DNA of 60,992 bases, the filler included, from Malassezia furfur (taxonomy: Eukaryota): NCBI GenBank assembly GCA_052055015.1. It is 4 parts of 4 records of this genome, joined end to end, with 100 filler letters (N's around TTAATTAATTAA, not from the genome) between each part and the next. Parts side by side here need not be neighbours in the genome. Positions count along the whole stretch, not along the records: positions 45,977 to 60,992 come from JBQJIT010000278.1; 3 more parts are not named here. The stretch is one strand, 5' to 3'. Positions within the stretch are counted from its first letter, which is position 1; each line of letters begins with the position of its first letter. Shown here in pieces: positions 55,074 through 60,992 of this stretch. The translations under genes were made by a program, and so were the position numbers. The notes below the pieces were generated by a model. That model did no database searches. It was given only the letters and a program-made list of their open reading frames with translations, and had not been told where the DNA came from.

Positions 55074-57155
55074 ATGGTTGGCACGATGCGCCAGTGTGCG
55101 TACCGTATGAGCGCACTGCGCTCGACTGCCCCCGCAAACAGGATCGACGGCATGCGCTTCCGTGCTGTGCCGGCGTCGCTTCGTGCTCTGCATGCCTCGC
55201 GTTCGCCTGCGCAGGCGCAAGGCGTGCGTCCTGAGCCGGCGTCGTCGTTCCAGTCGGCGCGCGCGCCGTCGCCCAAGTCACTGGGCTACGACGAGGCGGA
55301 TTTGGATGACTCGTTCGTCGGCATGACCGGCGGCCAGATTTTCCACGAGATGATGCTCCGCCACGGCGTCAAGACCGTGTTCGGCTACCCTGGTGGTGCG
55401 ATTCTGCCCGTGTTCGATGCCATTTACCAGTCGAAGCACTTCAACTTTGTGCTGCCCCGCCGCGAGGATGGTGCCGGGCACATGGCTGAGGGCTACGCGC
55501 GTGCGAGCGGTCAGCCCGGCGTGGTGCTGGTGACGAGTGGCCCTGGTGCCACCAACGTCGTGACGCCGATGCAGGACGCAATGAGCGACGGTGTGCCGCT
55601 GATTGTGTTCTGTGGCCAAGTCGCTACATCGGCGATCGGTTCCGACTCGTTCCAAGAGGCGGACGTCGTGGGCATCAGCCGCAGCTGCACCAAGTGGAAC
55701 GTCATGGTGAAGGACGTTGCGGAGCTTCCGCGCCGCATCAACGAGGCGTTCAAGATTGCCATGAGTGGCCGCCGCGGGCCGGTGCTGGTGGACCTGCCCA
55801 AGGACATGACTGCGAGTGTGCTCAAGCACGCCATTCCCCGCAGCAGCACCGAGCCGAACCGCTCGCTGATGCCCTCGCGCGAGACGGCACTGCAGCGCAG
55901 CCGCGAGGCGTGGAAGCAGCTTGGCCGCACCCTGATGGATGATGACGTGCAGCCGTCGATCGAGGCGGCCGCGCGTCTTGTGGAAAAGGCGCAGCGTCCC
56001 ATCGTCTACGCCGGCCACGGTATTTTGTCCAACCCTGAGGGCAGCAAGGCGCTTCGTGAGCTTTCGGAGAGGTTCCAGATTCCCGTGACCACAACGCTGC
56101 ATGGTCTGGGCGCGTTTGACGAGGAGAGCGAACTTTCGCTGCACATGCTGGGTATGCACGGCTCGGCGTACGCCAACCTTGCGATGCAGAACGCCGATCT
56201 GATCATTGCACTCGGCGCACGCTTTGACGACCGTGTGACGGGCCGTGTAGACCGCTTTGCGCCTGAGGCGCATGCGGCCGCGCAGGAGGGCCGCGGTGGT
56301 ATCATCCACTTTGAGGTGATGCCCAAGAACATCAACAAGGTCGTGCAGGCGACCGTCGCCGTGGAGGGCGACGTCACCGAAAACCTTGAAAAGATGCTGC
56401 CCCTGGTGCAGTCTGTGCCGGACCACAGTGAATGGCTTGCACAGCTGCAGGCGTGGAAGAAGGAGTTCCCCTTTACCTACGACCCGTCGCAGCCGTCCAA
56501 GGGCGAGCTGATGAAGCCGCAAGAGGTGATCGAGGCCCTGGACACCGCCGTGGCGAACCAGAAGGAAAACGTGGTGGTCACCGCAGGGGTTGGCCAGCAC
56601 CAGATGTGGGCTGCGCAACACTACCGCTGGCGCCACCCTCGTTCGTGGATCTCGTCGGGTGGCCTGGGCACGATGGGCTTTGGCCTGCCGTCGGCGATCG
56701 GCGCCAAGGTCGCGATGCCGGACAAGATGGTGGTCGACATTGACGGCGACGCCAGCTTCAGCATGACGGCCATGGAGCTGGCGACCGCGGCGCAGTACAG
56801 CATCGGTGTCAAGGTGCTGCTGCTCAACAACGAGTTCCAGGGCATGGTGCTGCAGTGGCAGGACCTCTTCTACGAACGCCGCTACTCGCACACCGAGATG
56901 CACAACCCCGACTTTGTGAAGCTAGCCGAGAGCATGGGCGTCAAGGCAATCCGGTGCCAATCGCTCGACGACCTGCCGGCCAAGATGAAGGAGTTTATTG
57001 AATACGACAACAACAAGCCCGTGCTGTTCGAGGCACGCGTCGTCAAGTCGGAGCACGTGTTCCCCATGGTGGCCGCCGGCAAGGCGCTTGACGAGCAGCT
57101 CGTGCACCCGTCGCTGAACGCGCCCAACTCCGCCCCGCGGTTCACCCCGTTGTAG
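55074..57155 (+). CDS. ILV2: Acetolactate synthase catalytic subunit, mitochondrial
   Basis: FGYPGGAILP, TSGPGATN, LGMHG, RFDDRVTG, GQHQMW, DIDGDASF..NN ThDP motif. Confidence 0.98.
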   Translation: MVGTMRQCAYRMSALRSTAPANRIDGMRFRAVPASLRALHASRSPAQAQGVRPEPASSFQSARAPSPKSLGYDEADLDDSFVGMTGGQIFHEMMLRHGVKTVFGYPGGAILPVFDAIYQSKHFNFVLPRREDGAGHMAEGYARASGQPGVVLVTSGPGATNVVTPMQDAMSDGVPLIVFCGQVATSAIGSDSFQEADVVGISRSCTKWNVMVKDVAELPRRINEAFKIAMSGRRGPVLVDLPKDMTASVLKHAIPRSSTEPNRSLMPSRETALQRSREAWKQLGRTLMDDDVQPSIEAAARLVEKAQRPIVYAGHGILSNPEGSKALRELSERFQIPVTTTLHGLGAFDEESELSLHMLGMHGSAYANLAMQNADLIIALGARFDDRVTGRVDRFAPEAHAAAQEGRGGIIHFEVMPKNINKVVQATVAVEGDVTENLEKMLPLVQSVPDHSEWLAQLQAWKKEFPFTYDPSQPSKGELMKPQEVIEALDTAVANQKENVVVTAGVGQHQMWAAQHYRWRHPRSWISSGGLGTMGFGLPSAIGAKVAMPDKMVVDIDGDASFSMTAMELATAAQYSIGVKVLLLNNEFQGMVLQWQDLFYERRYSHTEMHNPDFVKLAESMGVKAIRCQSLDDLPAKMKEFIEYDNNKPVLFEARVVKSEHVFPMVAAGKALDEQLVHPSLNAPNSAPRFTPL

Positions 57156-57234
57156 ATTTTGTAGCCGCTGGCCGCTGCCGCCCGCGCGTGCCGGCACGCA
57201 CCCTCCACGCATAACTCCCCATCCTCGCACCGCG

Positions 57235-58473
57235 ATGGCCAACGCCGCGGCAACGCTGCCGGTGGTGGAGACGCAGTGGCTCTTCAGCCGCGAGGACTTG
57301 GCGCAGACGCCGAGTGTGACCGGCGTCTCGGAGGCGCCCGCCGCACGGTCGTCGGCGTCGCCGCAGCAGCAGCGTGGCACCCAGACACTCACCCCGACGC
57401 AGGAACGCGTGCTGCGCGGCAAGGGCGTGCACCTCATCTTCAAGATGGGCGAGTTTCTGCAGCTGGGGCAGCACGTCATGTCCACAGCGGTGACCTACTT
57501 CCACCGCTTCTACATGCGCCGGCCCCTGCAGGTGAGCCGCAGCGGGCCGGGGTGGTCGCACTACGAAATCGCTGCGGCATGTGTCTTCCTGGCGTGCAAG
57601 GTTGAGGAGGCGCTGCGCAAGCTGCCGGCGGTCGTCGACGCAGCCATGTCGTCGCTCGACAAGTCGTACGAGGGCCAGATGCGGTGGGCCGACCGCTCGT
57701 TCCGTGCAAACCAACAGTCGCACGAATTCCAGAAATGGCGCGACAGCATTCTGCTGCATGAAGAAACGCTGCTGACCACGCTGTGTTTTGATCTGGTCGT
57801 ACCGCAGCCGCACGAAGTGCTTGTGCGTGCCACGCAGAGCCTCGAGGTCGAGCGGCCGGTCGCACGGCTTGCGTGGTGCATCTTGAACGACTGCCTGCGC
57901 GACCCGACGTGGATTCTCTTCGACGCGCCGGTACTGGCGGCCGGCGCGTTCCAAAAGGCGTGTACTTTGCGCAACGTCGACCCCGCGAACTACTACGCCA
58001 CACGGCCGCTCGATGCGCCCCAGGTGGGCTCGGAAGACAACTATTTTGACTGGCTCGATGTGTTTGACGTCGACGAGGAAGAGGCGCAGTCCGCGGTGCA
58101 GGCCATCGATCAGGACGTGTATGGCTTCCACATGCCGCTGCAGCACCAGCGGCCGCTCCGCGGCGACAAGGAGCTTAAGGCCAAAGGGAGTGCCATGGAC
58201 CTCGTTGCGTCTGCACGGACAACGCCCGGTGTCTCTCCGGCACCGACGCCCAAGGCGGACACAGGCGCGCGTGCCGCCGAGGCGCCGGTGAACGCAACGA
58301 GTGCGGCACCGGTCGCGCCACCAGCGAATGGGCCGACGAGCACGCCTGCGACGGCGGCTCCTACGGACGCAGCGGCTGTCGAGGCGGCCGCCGCGCCATC
58401 GTCCACCACCGCCGCAACCCGCAAGCGCACTGCGTCGACGTCGTCGCGCGAGTCGGGCGAACTTTCGAGTTAG
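57235..58473 (+). CDS. Transcriptional cyclin (Pch1 / cyclin K-T family)
   Basis: WLFSREDL..TPS, TAVTYFHRFYMR, CVFLACKVEE, EETLL.TLCFDL.V.QPH. Confidence 0.9.
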   Translation: MANAAATLPVVETQWLFSREDLAQTPSVTGVSEAPAARSSASPQQQRGTQTLTPTQERVLRGKGVHLIFKMGEFLQLGQHVMSTAVTYFHRFYMRRPLQVSRSGPGWSHYEIAAACVFLACKVEEALRKLPAVVDAAMSSLDKSYEGQMRWADRSFRANQQSHEFQKWRDSILLHEETLLTTLCFDLVVPQPHEVLVRATQSLEVERPVARLAWCILNDCLRDPTWILFDAPVLAAGAFQKACTLRNVDPANYYATRPLDAPQVGSEDNYFDWLDVFDVDEEEAQSAVQAIDQDVYGFHMPLQHQRPLRGDKELKAKGSAMDLVASARTTPGVSPAPTPKADTGARAAEAPVNATSAAPVAPPANGPTSTPATAAPTDAAAVEAAAAPSSTTAATRKRTASTSSRESGELSS

Positions 58474-58488
58474 GGGGGGTATAGGCTG

Positions 58489-60906
58489 CTATGTACTTGC
58501 ACTTGCACGCGCGAGCAGCGCGGCGACGCTGGTCGGCTCGTACTCACCCGCGTCTGTCGCGGCAAACACCACGTCGTCGTCCAGGTAGAACGACACGCCG
58601 CGTTTCCCGTCAATGTGCTGGGCCACACGCAGCAATGCCAGGCCGGTCGTGGGCTCCAGCTTGTTTTGGGGCAGGACAAATAGGTCGCGCTGCCGCGCCT
58701 CGTCTTCCACGATTGCGCGGAACGCCACATCTTCAAGCACGGGCGGCGGCGCCATGGCCGGCCGCCGTGCATCGGCGGTAGCGGCGGCTGCGCGCGCCTC
58801 GCTGCGCGACGTCGGTTGGACGTCGGGCACAGGAAGCGTCTCGCGGTGCTCGCCGAGATCCAATGCGCGGTTCATCAGACGCAGCGCACGCATCATCACA
58901 CTCGCGATACCCGCGAGGCGCATCACCTCTGGCGGGAAGTAGTTCCGCCAGAACGTGTACCACCCGGCGACCTCGTCAAAGCGCAACGTCGGTTGCACGA
59001 GCCACGTGTGGAGGGTACGGAGGAAGGGCGTGCCAAACTCGACCTCGAGCAGGCGACTCAGGACGCTTTCGCGGAGCACGGTGCGCCACGCAAGCACCTG
59101 GTCGAGCGTCGCAAGCACCTGGTCTGCCGGATTCACCACAAACTCGGTCCGGAGCGCCTTGCCAAGCGCCGGCACCACCTTGTCGAGTAGCAAGGCGTCC
59201 CAGTCCTTGGCGGGGAACACGGCTTTCCAGTGCATCAACTCGGGCGGGACGCCATCGGCGACGCGCCACGCAGCGAGTGCGCTACGCCACTGCTGCCGCG
59301 CGTCGGCAAGCAGCGTGTCCATGCGCCTTCCGCCCACCGGCACCCACGGAAGCAGCAGCACATGCAGCGGCACACGCTCCTTTGGCGACCAATGCCGCAC
59401 GGCGCGGTGCAGCTTGGGCAGCACAAGCTGCTCCAGTACATTGTCGTACAGGAACGGCGGGAGCAGGTCGCGCCATGCCTCGACAAGCGCAATCGCGGTT
59501 GCTGGGTCGTACACGTCCCACGCTCCAGTGAGTGTGCTGCGTATTTTGGGCATCCACACGTTCCACAACACGCTCTCGTACGGCGTCATGACGCCCTCGG
59601 CACGCGAGGCGGGCTGCAGCGCCGCGCGCCATGGCGCAAGTGTCGCTGTGAACGCGTGGGGTGCCTCGAGTGGGTCCCAGTCGACCAGAACGCGGCGCAG
59701 CACGGGCACCAACGCACCGGCCACCGCCTCATCCAAGCCCAGCTGCGCGGCTCGTGGCGACTGCGCCTGTGCGGCGAGCAGTGCCTCGACAAACGGCGCA
59801 AGGTCTTCGAGGCGCTCAGCGACCTGCGCGGCCTCGCTCAAACGCATCACCGTGTCCAGCACGGAACGCAGCACGGCGCGCTCCTCATCAATCTTGGCCG
59901 CACGCCGCGCACTCTCGTGCAAATCACGATCGAGCCAGCGTGCACGGTCGAGGTGTGCGGCGCCCTCGCGTGCGAGTTTCTGGAGAGCGTCGCGGCTCCC
60001 GTCGCTGAGCAGGCGCAGATTGTGCCGCAGCTCGGGCAGCTGCGCGCTCTCGCTCGTCGGCACCGCGTGCTTGGCCAGCGCCGCGGCGAGCGAGTCGACT
60101 TCGCGCACCTCGTGGCCCGTCGCATCGAGCACGGGGCCAACGCCAGGCGCCGCGGCCTCGGCAATGATCTCTTCGTAGGTGCGGTACACCACCGTAGGTT
60201 TGCGCTCCTTGGCCTTGCGGCGCCATGCCGACGACGAGATGGTCGGCGCACGCTGGGTGGATGCCTGGTCGTCTTCCTCGTCGCTCGAGGCGGGCGCACC
60301 GGTCCGGCGCCGCTCCTCGGCGCGCGCCTGCTTTGTCTTCTCACGCAGACCGCCAAACGCGACACCCGCGCGGGTCGGCCGCAGCTGTACCTCGATGGGG
60401 TTGACAATTCCCTCGCCCTCCTTGCCGAGACCGCCGCCCGTCCAGCCCATCTGCCGCAGGTACGCAGACGGATCAAACCCACCCGAGCCGGACACGCGCG
60501 ACAGCGGCACAGACGGCGGGGGCCGTGCAGGCGCAGGTTGCTCGGCGCGCGCGTCGTTGCTCGTCTGGCCGCGGGCCTGCGCAAGCTTGGCGCCAAGTCC
60601 TGCGCCAATGGACCGCCGCGCAAACGACAGGGTATCGTCTTCGCTCTCCGATGCTGCCTCACTCTCGGCTTCGGTCTCGACGGGCGCATCTGCCGGCGCG
60701 TCGGCAGGCGCGTCCGTCCGCGACGCATGGCCAGCGGCGACAAACGCCGGCGGCTTGGACGCGCGCACGAACGACGGCGCGGCACGGGCGCGTGGCGCAC
60801 GAGCCTGCCCCTCGTCTTCCCCGTTGGCCGCATCGTCGTCGCTCGAGTGCACCGAGTCGTTCGAATCGGAGCCCTCGGCGAGCCAGCGTGCTTTGCGTCG
60901 CGCCAT
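58489..60906 (-). CDS. TFIP11: G-patch spliceosome disassembly factor TFIP11/Spp382 (Ntr1)
   Basis: YLRQMGWTGGGLGKEGEGIVNPI..RP.RAGVAF, PELRHNL, MTPYESVLW, EVAGWYTFWR. Confidence 0.93.
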   Translation of the reverse strand: MARRKARWLAEGSDSNDSVHSSDDDAANGEDEGQARAPRARAAPSFVRASKPPAFVAAGHASRTDAPADAPADAPVETEAESEAASESEDDTLSFARRSIGAGLGAKLAQARGQTSNDARAEQPAPARPPPSVPLSRVSGSGGFDPSAYLRQMGWTGGGLGKEGEGIVNPIEVQLRPTRAGVAFGGLREKTKQARAEERRRTGAPASSDEEDDQASTQRAPTISSSAWRRKAKERKPTVVYRTYEEIIAEAAAPGVGPVLDATGHEVREVDSLAAALAKHAVPTSESAQLPELRHNLRLLSDGSRDALQKLAREGAAHLDRARWLDRDLHESARRAAKIDEERAVLRSVLDTVMRLSEAAQVAERLEDLAPFVEALLAAQAQSPRAAQLGLDEAVAGALVPVLRRVLVDWDPLEAPHAFTATLAPWRAALQPASRAEGVMTPYESVLWNVWMPKIRSTLTGAWDVYDPATAIALVEAWRDLLPPFLYDNVLEQLVLPKLHRAVRHWSPKERVPLHVLLLPWVPVGGRRMDTLLADARQQWRSALAAWRVADGVPPELMHWKAVFPAKDWDALLLDKVVPALGKALRTEFVVNPADQVLATLDQVLAWRTVLRESVLSRLLEVEFGTPFLRTLHTWLVQPTLRFDEVAGWYTFWRNYFPPEVMRLAGIASVMMRALRLMNRALDLGEHRETLPVPDVQPTSRSEARAAAATADARRPAMAPPPVLEDVAFRAIVEDEARQRDLFVLPQNKLEPTTGLALLRVAQHIDGKRGVSFYLDDDVVFAATDAGEYEPTSVAALLARASAST

Positions 60907-60992
60907 GGCGCTCAAGGCCAAAGTCGGTTGGATGACTAAACAAACGAATGTCGGGGTGCGCGGCACAACTACGGGATCGGCGGCGGGGGCGA

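Noticed and set aside
1..60992. CRISPR arrays, transposons, prokaryotic defence systems or bacterial HGT genes
   Set aside because: No repeat-spacer array, transposase/RT or bacterial-type gene seen. All recognised genes are eukaryotic.

Overview
This is a gene-dense, GC-rich nuclear genome segment from a basidiomycete yeast, almost certainly Malassezia (SMG1/LIP1-type secreted lipase, extreme compaction, tiny introns). The high GC would fit M. furfur or a relative, which is inference only. It consists of four contigs joined by artificial N44-TTAATTAATTAA-N44 linkers (15324, 30746, 45877), so adjacency across those points is unproven. I reconstructed about 46 protein-coding genes, mostly housekeeping (DPH3, ESF2, SUMO, TOM70, mago nashi, HSP10/HSP60, AGC1, SMC2, NUP170, SMN, ERG1, FAA, VPS11, PRP8, GET4, SmG, BSD2, ARL8, VPS74, PI31, UTP22, ILV2, TFIP11 and others). 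I saw no RNA genes, transposons or CRISPR arrays. The most striking signal is a miniature-intron splicing regime that the ORF track hides. There are 39 hand-placed GT-AG introns, median 25 nt, none shorter than 22 nt, with the branch point a few nt from the 3' end, no polypyrimidine tract, and donor +4A almost absent. Other points are overlapping or near-touching convergent genes, a GC trough at about 35-43 kb (possible pericentromeric or relic-centromere signature), recurrent CACGTG promoter boxes, a WTAP/Mum2-like gene, an unknown 74-aa protein, and substitutions in ILV2 and ARL8 motifs. All introns and family calls come from reading the sequence; no searches were run.
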